Assembly: GCF_036321535.1 (NCBI RefSeq)
Contig: NC_087436.1
Span: forward strand, 47,432,001-47,496,000
Direction: 5' to 3'
Length of the DNA stretch: 64,000 nt
DNA from: Camelus dromedarius
Taxonomy: Eukaryota
Positions 23,792-37,334 of this stretch are shown here, piece after piece. The notes beneath the pieces are model-generated. The model saw only the letters and a list, made by a program, of their open reading frames with translations. It searched no databases and had not been told where the DNA came from. The position numbers and the translations under genes were made by a program. Numbering within the stretch: the first letter of the stretch is position 1; each line of letters opens with the position of its first letter.

Positions 23792-26746
23792 CACACAGGC
23801 ACAAGACAAAGAATGGATGAGAAGGGGAATGGAGAACAGGCAGCATGGTGTCCAACTGGCAGAAAGCATTGTATTCATCATTATTTTTCACTTTAATTTG
23901 AAAGCATTTCTAGTCTTGAGAAAGAAAAACAACTTGCTGCCGTACTTTGTGGGTATGAGAGTACCTGTTTGTGAAAAATTCTAGTCTAGTCATATTTACT
24001 CAAGTGGCCTCTCTCTCTCTTGTTGATTTTCCTCCCCTCCTCATGAACAGTTTAAGTAAAATATTGCTAATTTATGACAGTCCTGAGGGAAGGGCGGGAA
24101 TCAAACTCTTACTTCCAGCTCCCTTCAGAAAGTTGCCACAAACACAGCGTGTGCGCACACCCCACTTAACAGCTCTAGAGCTGTTGTCGGGACTCTCTTG
24201 TTCAGCTGCTGTACTGATGTAGGGAAAGTCAGAAATACGTGTCCTTCGAGCTTTGGGGTAAAGTGGCAGATGACAGAGCTTGGGGAGGACTGGGAGAGAA
24301 GACCTGCTGATGACTGCTGTATGTAGGACAGTTTGCAGAGAAACTGAAGGAAGGAAGTGGGAGGATGTTGTAATTCTGGGTTTCGTGGTTGGGGTGCAGG
24401 CCAGGGCTCTGTCTGTGGGCCAGGCAGCGAAGCACAGTTCTGAGACGTCTGGGGGAAGGGTAGATGGGGTGGGAGCAGTTCCCTGCTCACTCGTTTATTT
24501 GTTGCTCGCCAGGACCCTCCTGGGGGACTGCAGTTGTCCCCAGGCCCCTGGCTGAGAAACTGCAGAGCAGGGGTCAAGCCCTGGTGTTTGTCCTCTGCCG
24601 CATCACTGTTGATGGCCGTGGTGCAGGATTATGCTGCAGTGTCCTGCACGGATCCAGGGGGTCAGTGCTCATCCTCCTCCCACCACCAGAGAATGCTGCT
24701 GGTTGCCACTCCTTCCCCATCACAAATCAGCACATCCTCAGAATAACCTTCTCCACTCTCTTCTTCCCTTTCTACCTGCTGGAAGGAAAGAGGTCAGACT
24801 GTACTTGTTAACATAGTGTGTTGGCTGCTGGACTGGAGAGTGCTGAATCCAGAGGAGAGGAGAGAAGCTGTACTGCTGGGCTCTTTCTTTACTTAGATGT
24901 AAAATATAAGAGAAGGAACAGGTTTGGGGAGCTGGACCAGCATTTGTCTTGGGATGTGACAGTCATAGTGAAGGTGGAGGAATTGAGGGGCTGGGAAATG
25001 TACTGAAATTGTTCTTAGGAATAAGTCTCTGTAACTGATGAGTTGGAAGGTCAGGACTTAGAGATGCAGCTAACAGAAGCCATCTGTATGCACATGGTAA
25101 TTGAATCCAGGCTCAGGGTAGGTTTCCTGAATGATTATGTAGAGAAAGAATTTCCTAGGACCCAGCAATGAACCCTGTTGCTCCAAGAGGACTACAGGAT
25201 GTCAGAAACAGGTGATTAGACAAGAATGGCCAAGCAGAGTCTATAGTGTCATACACATTTGATCACAACTGTGTAGAGATGTCTGCATAAGGGAAAAAGA
25301 AAAGGAGACTTGTAAAAAACCTAAAACAGTGATATTAAGATAGTGCATTTGGGGCGATTCCTGCCCCACAAATTTTCTTCAGTGTTTCCTGGTTTTTACT
25401 TAAGGAAAAAGGGAGTAAAGAGGCAGATGAAATAGAAAGCATGGTTAGCAGGCTTTGAAGCAGTAAAAACGGTGGTGTTGATTTTTCTTTTTTGGTCAGA
25501 GGCAACAGATGTCAGGGCCATTTAAAACAGGAAAATGCCTTTTGGATTTGGCAGGAGTTTCATACCCACTATGACAGAGCAGGCAGGAACTGGTTGAAGG
25601 AGTGACTCTAGTCCTGGTCTTGTCTTCCATTGCTTTATCCTTCATACCATCACCAGACTTACCGATCATGATCCTCTTGGAGTTGAAGGAAGGCTATTCC
25701 CTCTAACATGTATTTATTTTCTGATTACTGAATGTTTGTTTCTCCTCCTCTGACTAGACTGTAGGCTCCTGGGGGTTGGGGGGAGGGGAGCGGTGGGATC
25801 AGTTTCCCGGTTCCCCCAGGACAGCATAGTGGAAACAGAATTTTCATCCTGTCCCAAACTGCTTTCTTCCCTGCCTGCTTTGGCAGCTGGATGGAGGCTG
25901 GAAGTGGGAGAGAAAGACCAATTAGTAGATGAGTCTTGGGAAGCAGAGATGGAGGGCTGATGTGCGGGATGGTAGTGAAGAAAGCAGGGCTGGGAATGAG
26001 GTCTAGGGAGCAGAGCTCTGCGTTGCATGTGGAGGATGCATGGAGGAGGACCAGAGGTGCGCAGGGAGGCTGGCCAGGGGCAATTTAAGGTGCCTGTGTG
26101 TGCTAAGGCTGGTGGAGAGACGATCTGGAGCTTAGGGAAGTTAAAGTCAGAAGACATGAATCTGTGAGTCACCAACATCTACAGCCCTGCTCAATGGCCT
26201 CGGGCCCAGGGGAGCAGGTGGGAGGAGGTTTGAGGGAGAGGGTAGCACCTGTCTTCACTGTTGTCACGGTGTGACCCCATTCACCAGTTCGTCGGTTGTG
26301 GTCAGTCCGACGAGCCTGTCTGTATCCTGGGGGAGGAATAGATCGAGTGAGTGGAGAGAATGGAAGAGTTGGTGGGCGTTTATTTTATATGGAAACGTGG
26401 GAGCGTGTTCCTCCACAGCAGTCTTCTGATTTTGCTGTCTCCACTCTTCCCACTGACTCTGCTCTCCCCGACGTCAATCCTGCACAGTCCCACTAGGCGA
26501 ATTTCCTGTGAAGTGTTACTGATGAACTCACTCTCCACCTCTGTTTGGAACAAAGTAGCCTTCCCAATCTGGCCTTCAAAATTCTACATGATAATCGTGT
26601 GCCAGGTTTTATATCCATCTTTGGCCAAATGGAGGATTCTGTGTCCTCAGACACATGCGTTTTCCTCCCTCCACAGATTTGCTCACACCAGTCGGCTTGG
26701 TTGTAACGCTCTTCTTACCCCCATCACCCGAATTCCATTTGTCTTT

Positions 26747-26960
26747 CAGAGGTGGGTGAACTGCAGCCTACAGGACAGATCTGGCCCACTGCCAGTTCTT
26801 ATAAATAAAGTTTTATTGGGAAATACCCCCATCCACTCATTTCTGCATTGTCTGTGACTGTCTTTGTACTACTCCTGCAGGGTTGAGGGCTTGCAGCAGA
26901 AACCTCACAGTCTGCAAAGCTTAAAATATTCACTCTAGTTCTTTAAGGAAAAAAATTTGC
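26747..26960. mobile_element. hAT-Charlie MITE, MER58A-like
   Basis: cagcctacaggacagatctggccca...taaataaagttttattggg...gcaaagcttaaaatattcact...aaaatttgc. Confidence 0.75.
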
Positions 26961-28404
26961 TTTTGTGCGTGATGTCAGCAGCTCCACAGTTACTTTCTAT
27001 AAATCAAGATTATAGAATTCCTGGTCCTTTCCCAGGAACCGGGGGACAGCAGGCTACAAGGAAATGGAAATTATTTAATAGTAAATTTCAGTCATCTGGT
27101 GGATCATAGCCCAATTTTAAACACAGGTGAGACCCTGATCCTAGATAAAGGAGTCTTCCACTAAGCCATAAGGAGATATAAGTGAAAAGGCAAATATTCT
27201 ACACTGATCGTGGTGTGACAATAGGGAAATCACCATCCTTTAGAAAATGGGGATGAGAGTGAGAAATTAATGAAAGTTGCAGTAAGTATCCATGGCCCAT
27301 TATTCTTTTTCCATCCTTGATAGAAAACTGATGGAGGAAATTTTAATGGTGATGCATATTGGGTTATGTTAGTTGGGACAATACCTTGGGAATGTCAGCT
27401 TCCAGTGGATCGGGTGCTCCTATTGCATTGTTCATCCACGTAAGTTCTCTGGTGGGAAAACCAGATGGTAAGGATGAAAACGCAGTCTGAAACTGCAGGC
27501 AGTTAAAAACATTTGTGTCATTCATTGATAAATAGTTACAAGGGATTGAAAAGACTGGAAGTTTAGGAAAGACTTGGTAGTATTGGCAAGAAAAATGGGC
27601 AGACAGATCAAATGATTGTTGGATTTCTGAATGGAACTGATAGTAAGGAAATAATGCTACCTGGGAGAAATTTTGGCAGTAAAATCCTTTATATGCTGCT
27701 AATGTAAACTTTTAAGAAGTCATTCATCTTAACTTTATCTGTTAAATGTCCAGTGTGGAGCAAGATTAATTCTTTTTGGAAGGAAACCTAGGTAGAATCT
27801 GTGAAATACATATATTTGAGACAGAATTTGTGTTTTATGTTTCCTTTTGCACATCCTGTCATATAAATAATCTGGCTAAATGGCGGTTTTACAAAATCAG
27901 ATTTGACCTGATTGAAGTCTAGGAATGTAGTCATCATACACCTGAGATGCATTACCCAAGGGTCCTATTCATGGTCAGGCGCCTGTTCCTGATTAAGGAG
28001 GGTGAAGGCTGCATATTGCAGCACGGGACTAGCGCACCCTCGTCTTGGAAACACTCACTGGAGTGTCCGTTTGTACTGGACTAGGCTTTGAGCCACTTGT
28101 AGAACAAGGGGTTCAGTTTCCTGCTGGGAACTTTTAGATGTGGTGGGTTTTTTTTTAGAGTGAATTGTCTTAAGGAACTTAGATTTATTAAGTGACAGCA
28201 TGCAATGTGCATCTCAGCATGCTGGGTACCTTATATTATTTTATTTTCAAAACACTAACTTTAGCATCATCCCCACTTCAGAAATGTATAAAGTGAAATT
28301 AAGTCCTTACACAGTCCATGGTTAGAAACTGGTAGACCTATGATTTGAACCCACAAATATCCTGTTTCAAAGCAGTGTTTCTTCTGGTACTTTACACGTA
28401 TCTT

Positions 28405-30480
28405 CTCTTTTAAAAATTACTATGGAAAATTTCAAGTATATACTCCTTGTATTTATTAAGTAGAGATAATGGTATAGTGAATCACTGTGTGCTACTAACC
28501 CAGCTCTAGTAGTACCGGCTCTTGGCTAATCTTGTTTCACCTGTACCCCTGCCTGCCCCACCGCATCCCTGCGTGTTATTCTGAAGCAAGTCTCAAACCC
28601 CATGTCATTTCCATCTAAACAGTTAAGAAAGTATTTATTAAAGGTAAAGACTTTAAAAAATAGAACCATGGTATTATCACTATTGCACCTAAATAATAAT
28701 AGTTTCTTAATACTATCAAATATCTAGTCAGTGTTTATATTTCTAATAATTTCATAGTAGTCACATTTCTTTTTTTTATTATTGAAGTACAGTCACAATG
28801 TGTCAATTTCTGGTGTATAGCATGTTTCAGTCATACATACATATACATGTATTCATTTTCATATTCTTTTTCATTATAGGTTACTACAAGATATTGAATA
28901 TAGTTCTGTGTGCTATACAGAAAAACTTGTTTATCTGTTTTATATACAGTATATAAATAAATAAAATAAATATAAATAAATAAAATCCCCAATTGTAATC
29001 AGTTCATGTCTCTCATAATTTTTCACTTTGTTTTTTAGCTTTTTATTTTGAAATAATTTTAAATTGACAAAGTTTTAAGAATACTACCAAGAAATCCTAT
29101 ATCTTTTTTCCCCAGATTCCATAATTAACATTATATTTTATTTGCTTTCTTGTTCTCACTCTTTTTGAAAGCTGCAGACTTGTTGCCTCATTACCCCTTA
29201 CTATTTCCACATGTATTTCCTGACAGCAAGGACAGTCTCCTTCCTAACCTCAGTGTGCTCATTAAACTTGGGAAATACCATTGATACAATACTGCCTACT
29301 CTCTATACTTCATTCACATCGTGACATTGTCCCAGTAATGTCCTTTATCACAAAACTGACAACAACAATAAAATCTTCTCCTGCCACCTTTCCTTCCTGG
29401 TTCAGGGTGTCAGTCATGTCTTTTTATTTTACTTCAGTCTGAACAGTTACTTAGTCTTTGCTGTGTCTTTCACAGCCTTGGCAGTTTTGAAGAGTACATA
29501 CGTTTTGTTGACTGTCTCTCAGTTTGGGTTTATCTGTTTCCTCATGACTAGGTTTCATTTATACACTTTTGTCAGGAATCTTATGAGAAGCCTTGCTGAA
29601 TTCTCAGTGCATCATGTTTGGTGGCTTATAAGTTTGATTTGTCTATTATAGATGAGGTTAACTTTTTTTAAACTTAACTTTTATCATTTAAGATCATCTT
29701 TGCCAGGTTTTTCTGCTGTAAAGTTAACAAATTATTTTGTACTTACTAACAAGTATTTTGGGGGAGAGATTTTGAGACTCCATAAATATCCCATTGTCAT
29801 CAGACTTACCTGCTGGCTTTTGCACGGTGCAAATACTGCCAGGAGGTGATTTTTCTATTCCATCATTCCATCTATCTTTATTAGTTGACCTTTTACTGTA
29901 AGTTAGAGTTTCCACTTCTCCTCCATTGGTTTGTTCATTTATTTCATTCTTTCTGCACTCACAGATTCCTGTTTTACTCAGTGGGTTATAATCCCTTAAT
30001 ATCATTATTTACTTTGATATTTAGCTTGTCCCAGGTTGGCCTTTGGGCCCTGCTGGACTGCTTGCTATATCCATTCAATGTGCTCTCATCGTTCTCTGAG
30101 CACTTCCTTTCTCTATGACACAGAAAGACGTTCCAGCTCCTGTTGTACTTTTCATGCTCTGGCTGTAAAATTGGCCATTTTGCCAAGGAGCCATGGTTTA
30201 TTTAAGTGGGGAGTACTATTTAAAATGCAAAATTTGGGCTTTAGTTTTGTTCATTGCCACTGGGTAGTCATTGCTTTTAGGGTCGTTCAGTGGACAGAAC
30301 CAAAAAATGTGCATAGGCACATAAACACATAGACTCATCACATACGTTTATATCTGCTTCTGTGTCTGTTTGTCTATATAGCTGAAAACTGTAAGCTCAC
30401 ACTGCTACTTTCAGTCCTAATCTAATACCACATAGTCTTTTGTAGCCTTTCTTCTTTTTGGTATTTTTGTCTTTCTTCTC
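28405..30480 (-). mobile_element. Nested old L1 (L1MC-like) fragments, with a younger L1 3' end inserted at about 28770-28950
   Basis: Several antisense L1 3' UTR phrases. The T-run at 28770 followed by attgaagtacagtc...ttcatattcttttcattataggttactacaagatattgaatatagttc is a younger L1 tail. Confidence 0.65.
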
Positions 30481-32260
30481 CTGCAGTGGGAATCCTGGCT
30501 CCCATTATCCTCAATATATTTGCTTCCATGCTCTTATCTCCCTGTGTGTACACAGTCTCCCAGTCAAAAGGGCTGTCTTCTTGGCCCTGGCCCTGTTGGT
30601 CCCAACCATGCAGGTGTCTCTGTGGCTTTGGTGCCGCAGACTTGTGCAAGGTCAGCATCCTTTCCTCCCTGTGGTGCAAGCCTGGAGCCACTCACCCCCA
30701 GCCTCCCCATCAGTGCAGTAATCACATCTGCCCAGGAGCAGGATGCATTAACGCTTAGTAAGTGTCTCTGTTGTGATTCAAGGCTATTTACAAAGAATGG
30801 GCATTACAAAGTGAAGGAAGAGAAGGAGAGAACCAAACCTCCTGATGAGATTTAGGACAGAATCAGGATGCAGATTAAATTCAGAAGCAATTTTAATGTC
30901 ATGTTCGGGCGACATTCTTTATCAGTTCTTTTTTTTTTTTTTTTTTTTGGACTGGGATATAATAGAATCAGGAAGTAAAATTGCTCCTTGGTCTTGGTCT
31001 TGGGGAAAGGGAGTTCTGGAGTTCTACTTAATGGTTAAAAGAGATGTTTTGAAATCTTTTGCTTTCCATATATTATATCTAAAATTCTTTGAAGGAAGGA
31101 AAAACTTGCAGATCTGTATCCCTCCTCCCACTTCCTTCAAGCAGAGTAGTTTTAAATACTCACATGTTTGTATCAAGACTTCTTTTTGGTATGTTATGTC
31201 ATTATCAGCTGTTTTCTGGGTGAAAACCAGCCTGGCGCATGTGTAAAAGATCACTTGAGAATTTCAGAGCATAGGGGTATTGCTCTAAATCTCAGAATAT
31301 CACAGGATGTGTCCCCAAAAATCTCCTGGTCAAGTTTCTTTCTCTGCCTTTTGTCACGGTGAATAGAAGATGGTCAGAGTTGAGACTAGGCTGGAGATGT
31401 TGTACTGTTTGGCTTGAAGTTACTAGAAGAGGGGATGATGTTCTCTCTGAGTCGAGATCGGATCAACATGATTGGATCAGCCAGATCTTGTGAGGGATAA
31501 AACACAGAGCTCCTCTACCTGGGTTGTTGCTCTGTTCTGTGAAATTACTCTTTGATGCCAAGGAGCCACACCTTCTAAGAAAGGTCTCCTGATAGCAAGA
31601 GTAGGAATGAAGCCAGGGTTATAAGCAGTAGATACAGAGCTAACCAGTTTAATTAATCTAGAAGTTTTCATTATTTGAGTAATAGTAATATCCCTGTAAG
31701 GGATATTGTTTTTGCTAAACTATAATCCGAAGTCCAGACCTGGCATCACAGGACAACATAGTATTCCAGTCAAGGAAAGTAATCATTATAAATGGCCTAG
31801 TTGGATAGTAAGTAAATTAAAAAAAAAATTTAAACTCTACCTGTCTATCCTTCCTTAATAAAGGAGTATCTTAGGGCCAATGGAGGGATTGACCTGATGG
31901 GTAATTAAAGCACAGACAAAGAGTTTATATCCATTGCAAGCAGTTGCATTGAGCTGTTAGGACCAGGAAGTCTGATGATTATTCTCAGGTTGCCCATGAA
32001 TGCAGAAAGTAATTATTATAGATCCATCACTATTATGTTGACACATCCTTAGGCTTCTAAGATTTGTAAAGTAAAAACTACTTTAACTCATGTTGCCTTG
32101 GAGTAAATGGTCAAAGCAGTCCGTGTTTTCCATCAGTTTCTGATTTTGAGCATGCATGTTTGCTTAATCCTAAGCATCGAGCTTCAAGAAGAACTGCTTA
32201 TCCTTTGGAAGGTACTCTGTTAGAAATGGACTGTTCTCAACTCTGGAAATTCTTTTTCAG

Positions 32261-32529
32261 ATGCTGTCTTCGCGTTTCAGTTACGGAACCCGGTGCACAA
32301 TGGCCATGCCCTGCTAATGCAGGATACCCACAGGCAACTCCTCGAGAGGGGCTACCGGCGCCCTGTGCTCCTCCTTCACCCTCTTGGGGGCTGGACGAAG
32401 GATGATGATGTTCCTTTGATGTGGCGTATGAAGCAGCATGCTGCGGTGCTGGAGGAAGGAGTCCTGAATCCTGAAACAACAGTGGTGGCCATCTTCCCAT
32501 CTCCCATGATGTATGCTGGACCAACCGAG
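32261..32529 (+). CDS. PAPSS1: PAPS synthase 1 coding exon (approx. exon 10), ATP sulfurylase active-site HxGH motif
   Basis: Acceptor tctttttcag| and donor GAG|gtagat. 269 nt, phase 1-0. Translates (D)[89 protein letters not shown], with HNGH at 32296-32307. Confidence 0.97.
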
Positions 32530-34418
32530 GTAGATGGCTTTTATGACTGTCACTGCAGCAGTGTTGAAACCACTCTTACTAACACAGCTGATATCAACAG
32601 CACACTTACCTACAGATTTTTCTCTGATCTGTGGGTCTATTCTAGACATTAGTTGTGCCTGGAGTACTCTCCTGCTCTGTCGGGGGTGCTCTCTAGAGGT
32701 GGCCCCCAAGAGGCAAGCCTTCTTGGGAATGGGAGGGCAGAGAGGACTTCTCTTGGCTCTTATTGTGGTTCTTGGTCCCAGTTGTGAAGGAGGGAAAGTT
32801 CCTGCAGACAGAGGGCTGGGTGAGCTTGGGAAGGTATGGCACATGCTCCTGTCTGGCCCGTTGCACAGATCTGACATCACTCATCTTATCCCTTCAACCA
32901 GGGCCTGAGTCACTCTTCCCAAGGGACAGAGTTGGTCTGATTTTTTGCTTCTGAATTTTGGAAGGGCCAAAGATATTTCAGGGGGAAGAAAAGCATGCTA
33001 TCTTTAAAAAAATGTTCCTAAGATATTCTTCACCTGTTCTTCATTGAGGGACTAATACAGTCAGGAAGTAACATTGCTTCTTGATACTGGTTGGGGGAGA
33101 ACTCCAGAGTGCTAGTTAGTGGTCAAATGGGAGGTTTTGAGATCTTTTTTAAAACCATATATAGAGAAGAGGACTTTTGCTTCAAGGCAGAGTTGGCTTT
33201 CAAAAAATATTTGAATAAATGAATAAATCATTGAATGACCTAAAAAAACAGTGTGTGGGGAATTCCTTGCCAGCTTCTTGTTGCGTGTTCAGGATAAAGA
33301 ATGGAATGCACATTATTATTTCATTCTTTTTCATCCCCACCTTAAAGGGAGATGAATTTACTTAAATTTATCTAGGAGGCAAACTCTTTCAGAAAGGATT
33401 AAATAATTTAGTTGTATATACTCTGTGATATCTTCCTTCAAAAAAAAAGTTTAAAAGGAAATATAAGCATGTTTGGCTATTCTTTGGAATCAAGTCTAAA
33501 AATTTTTATTGGAGCTTAGTTATGGGGTTATATAGTCTCTATCCAAGAAATACTGACAGACAAAAAACTATAATAGCAGTAACCTAAAAGGTTGCAATGT
33601 ATTTGAGTCTTCTCTTAGATTTAGCCTAAGCAATGCATTGAAGCTTCCACATGAGGTTAAACTCACATTCTCCCTTCTTTGTCAGTATAAAGCATTCAGA
33701 AGAATTGGGCACCAAAAGCTCTTTTAGTTTCCTAGAGACTGTCGTGACCTGTAGTTCTTACTTACATCTCAAAGACAAACTAAATTGTTTTGGAAATAAA
33801 GTAACAACTTTGTTACAATAGTTTCCCATCTTCTTTTTTGGTGCAGTCTTCATCGTCATCATTTTAAGGGAATCATTTGGTCTGACTGACGTTCTTCAGA
33901 ACTATAGGATGAATAGTTTTCAGTGTGGGAATGATCCAAGTGAGTTTAGGGGCAGGAATGAGTTTATCAATAACCTCATTTTATGAACCAGTGAGGAAAG
34001 TGAAGGAATCGACCTTCCCTATTGAGGACATACTTCATCCTCTTTGTGTTTCTTGTTCCCCATCTAAAAGGGGAAGAGACAGGACATTTTGTTAACTAAA
34101 TAAACTAAAGAGCTGCTTTTAAGAAGGTGGGCGTGAGGGGATATATAAATAACAAAAACAGCCAGCTACAGTAAAAGAGAACATCCTTTCTTGAGAGAAC
34201 ACAAAGGATCCAGCATGCTGTTTTGTCTATATTAGGAAGATTTTTAAGTTTTCTGATTTCAGAGCCAGGTGTGTTTCTCAAGGAAGATTAAAAGGTGAAG
34301 ATGCCTAAAGATCCTTGGGATGCTTGCATTTTGGCTCACCTCAGAGTCTTCCTCCTTGCAAGGCCAAGCTGACGGGGTGAGCTGGCTGCAGCAGGCCCCT
34401 CTCCAGCCTCAGATTTAA

Positions 34419-34433
34419 CCCCCCCCCCCCCCC
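34419..34433 (+). repeat. Poly(C) run, 15 nt
   Basis: Direct count. Followed by GGGG. Confidence 0.9.
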
Positions 34434-34639
34434 GGGGCTACCCACAAGAGCAGGGTCTGCTGAGAACAGTGCACACTCTTGTGGAGGCCTGTTTCACCAC
34501 CAGCTGGTTTGAAGTCTCAGGTTAGGCTTCCGAGCTGTGTTTTAAGTGCATGGAAGAGGGTGACTTAAGGGATGCGCGAGAAGATGGGGCTAAGAATTCT
34601 TTAAGGTTCTGTCTCATTTGGATTGTGTTTTAGCTTGTC

Positions 34640-35720
34640 TTACTTTTTTTTAACTTCATATTGAAGTATAGGAAAGAGTGCACATTTCACAGGTGTACAA
34701 TTAAATGAATTTCCCCCATTTGAGCACAGTCAGACAACCAGATAAAGAGATGAAAAGGCTATTACCAGCACCCTAGCTGGCCTCCTTCCTGCCCTCCCCA
34801 CTGTCATCATCGCTGTCCTCACTTCTCGCATCATAGATCCAATTTGCTTGTGCTGAAGGTTGGATACGCTGGGAAGTGGACTCTCAAGAGGGAGATTAGC
34901 GTTCGGGAAATGTATTAGGGACTGCTCTTGGGATCAGCGCTTGTGAAAGAGAAGAGAGGGAGCAGGGTTGGGTAAGGGGAGAAGTGGAGCGGCAGTTTAG
35001 TCTTAGTGGAGGCCTCAGTTGACCCCATGTGCAGTTCTGGAAAGGCCCTCCAGAGATGTTCCGAGTTGCACAAGAAATGGACATTTGTACCTCTGTGTTG
35101 ACCAGTGACTGGCTGCCCGGGGAAGGGGGCTTGCCTTTGGGCGCTGCTGCCTTTTTCCACAGAAGCAGGTTCTAAAGAGGGCCGATAGCTGCAGGGTGTG
35201 TGCTGGCAGTGCTGCTGACGCTGGGGGAGTAATCCTTCCTTCCTGGGGGACCTGGGCGTTGCATCATGGAATCCAGTCCAGACTGTCCTAATGCGTCTAA
35301 TAACTGAAGTCGTACAGTGTATGCTCTTTTGCGTCTGGCTTCTTTCACTTCACATTATGTTGGTGCAACTCACCCTTACTGTTGCGTGTAGTTACTTGTA
35401 GGTTGGTTACTCTCAGTACTGTCAAATGTCCTGTTGTGTGACTGCGTCCAGCACTGTTGATGGGCGTTTGGGCATGCTTCAGTTTTTTGCTGTTAAGAAT
35501 AGTGCTGATACGAAGATTTTGGAGCCTGACTTTTCGTGGGCATTTCTGTTGGTGATGTCCCTAGGAATTCTGTTCTAGGTATTCTAGGGGCATGCCTTTG
35601 TTCAGCTTTGGTAAATGCTGCCAGTCAGTTTTCCAGTGTGGGTGTACATTTTACAGTCTCATCAGCAGTGCATTTCTTCATTTGTGCTTGAGTACCTTTT
35701 TCATCTTGGACATTTTGGTC
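34640..35720 (-). mobile_element. Old L1 (L1ME/MB-like) fragment interrupted by an LTR
   Basis: Antisense L1 3' phrases on both sides of 34850-35282 (gtgtacaattaaatgaattt; gtctggcttctttcacttcacattatg; ttgatgggcgtttggg). Confidence 0.6.
34850..35282 (-). mobile_element. ERVL solo LTR, LTR16-like
   Basis: gactctcaagagggagattagcg...gctcttgggatcagc...ggcctcagttgacccca...gggggacctgggcgttgcatcatggaatcca resembles reverse-complemented LTR16 (from memory). Confidence 0.6.
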
Positions 35721-36878
35721 CCCTAGCCCTGACCATGTGGCCAAGCATTCTGTAATACTTTTACTATTTCTTAACTAACCTCAAATTTTTTTTTGTTGAA
35801 ATTTCACTGAAGAGGAGATGCAGAAGCAGTAAATGAGTTGCACTTACACACAGTGATTGACAATATAAGAATAGCCCATTTTTATTTAGCTCTTACTGTA
35901 TTTGCAGGGCAGCGTTCCAGGTGCTTTACATGGATGAGCTAACTTGATCCCTAGAACGACACTAGAAGGGTAGGAACTGTTATCCTCAATTCACAGAAGA
36001 GAACACTGAGGTGGAGGGGATATCCCAGTCAAGATCAGACAGTGGTGTGGACGTAGTCTGGCTCCAGAGCCATGTGCTCTAACTGCCACGGAATTTTTTT
36101 TGTCTTATTATATAATATTAAAATATGTGGCTACAGATTTTTTTGAAAACAGACTGGAAATAAATTCTTAAATTGTCTTGTAGGAGTTCCAGAACAGAGA
36201 ATTAGGATGGCCTTGACTGACATTCATTAGCAGTGGAATCTCTAGTCCAGTGCCTTCCAAACTTTTATTTTGTTTATCACAGCCTGCCATTGTGGGTTGG
36301 GATCTTCTCTGTTTAATCTGTATTCCTGTCTTTGTATTGTTATGGTACCTGCCTCATGGTGGTGATATTGTCTGCCTGTGTTTTTGCCGTTGCTCTGAGG
36401 AGTGAATAGGATAAATGTGAATCACTTACATGGCCTGGTTTGTGACAATGCATGGTAATTAATATCAACTGTCTTAAAAAACAGTGACAAACTACGTTGC
36501 TGCGGGTTCTTAACATCCCGAGGGTTCTGTCCCTCTGTGTCCAGGCTGCCTGTCACTCTTTGTGAAGTCCCAGAATTCTGATGGTGGCAGAGAGCCTGGG
36601 ATGACCTCCTTCCTAACAGACTCCGTGTCTGATCTGCAGTGTCCTTGGGTGTCTGGTAATATGTAAAGCTAAAGTAAAGAATATGAAAATAAATAATACA
36701 AAGACAAGTGAAAATAGCTGTTTTCTGAATGCCTGTGTACATGTCTGTCACACTGAGCGGATTCTTTGCACACATTATATAACCTCCTCCGCACAACAGC
36801 TCAGTGAGATTGGTTTTATTTTCATTTTGCAGACAAGGTTTCTGAAGCTCAGAGAAGCCAAGTAACTTAACTGTGGTC

Positions 36879-37334
36879 TGTCAGAGAAAACCAGAGCTGG
36901 ATAGTAGTCAAAGCGGTAAAAACAGATTTTTATTCAGGAACTATTGCAATAGGGGAAAAGTGCCCTCGGCAGAGAACTGGGCTCAGTTGAGTACATCATG
37001 GTTGAGTGAGGATTTATAGCCAAGGAGCAGAGTGGGAGTCAGTGGATGGAAAACTACTAAGAGGAAACATCAGGAGCAACGGGCAAAGGATGATTCTGAT
37101 TAAACAGACCTAGCAGGATCCTTGCTGAAGGCAGGGCAGCCTGATCAGATGTCACTTGGGGGATGGCGGGGGATGAAGAATTTGATTAGACATTGAGGAT
37201 GGAGGCAGGGTAGTTTAGTTTGTCTCGGCAAGGTTCTTGCTACAGCTGGGTGATACAGGCCTTGCAAGCATGGAGATGTAAGGCTGAGGCCTGGGGGCCT
37301 TGGAGGAACCTAGGTAGAGTTGGGTCAAGCAGCA
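36879..37334 (-). mobile_element. ERV1 solo LTR, MER31-like, inserted in a MIR
   Basis: tgtcagagaaaaccagagctgg...aacagatttttattcagg...tagagtttgggtcaag. Near-TSD ggtc/agtc. MIR sequence continues on both sides (about 36740-36878 and 37339-37400). Confidence 0.7.

Noticed and set aside
23595..24816. Cluster of overlapping ORFs with HT/CV repeats
   Set aside because: These are produced by the (AC)20 microsatellite and locally higher GC content, and show no protein-like signal.
32314..32880. 188-aa minus-strand ORF overlapping the HNGH exon
   Set aside because: It is an antisense shadow of a GC-rich exon and flank with no recognisable domain or splice context.
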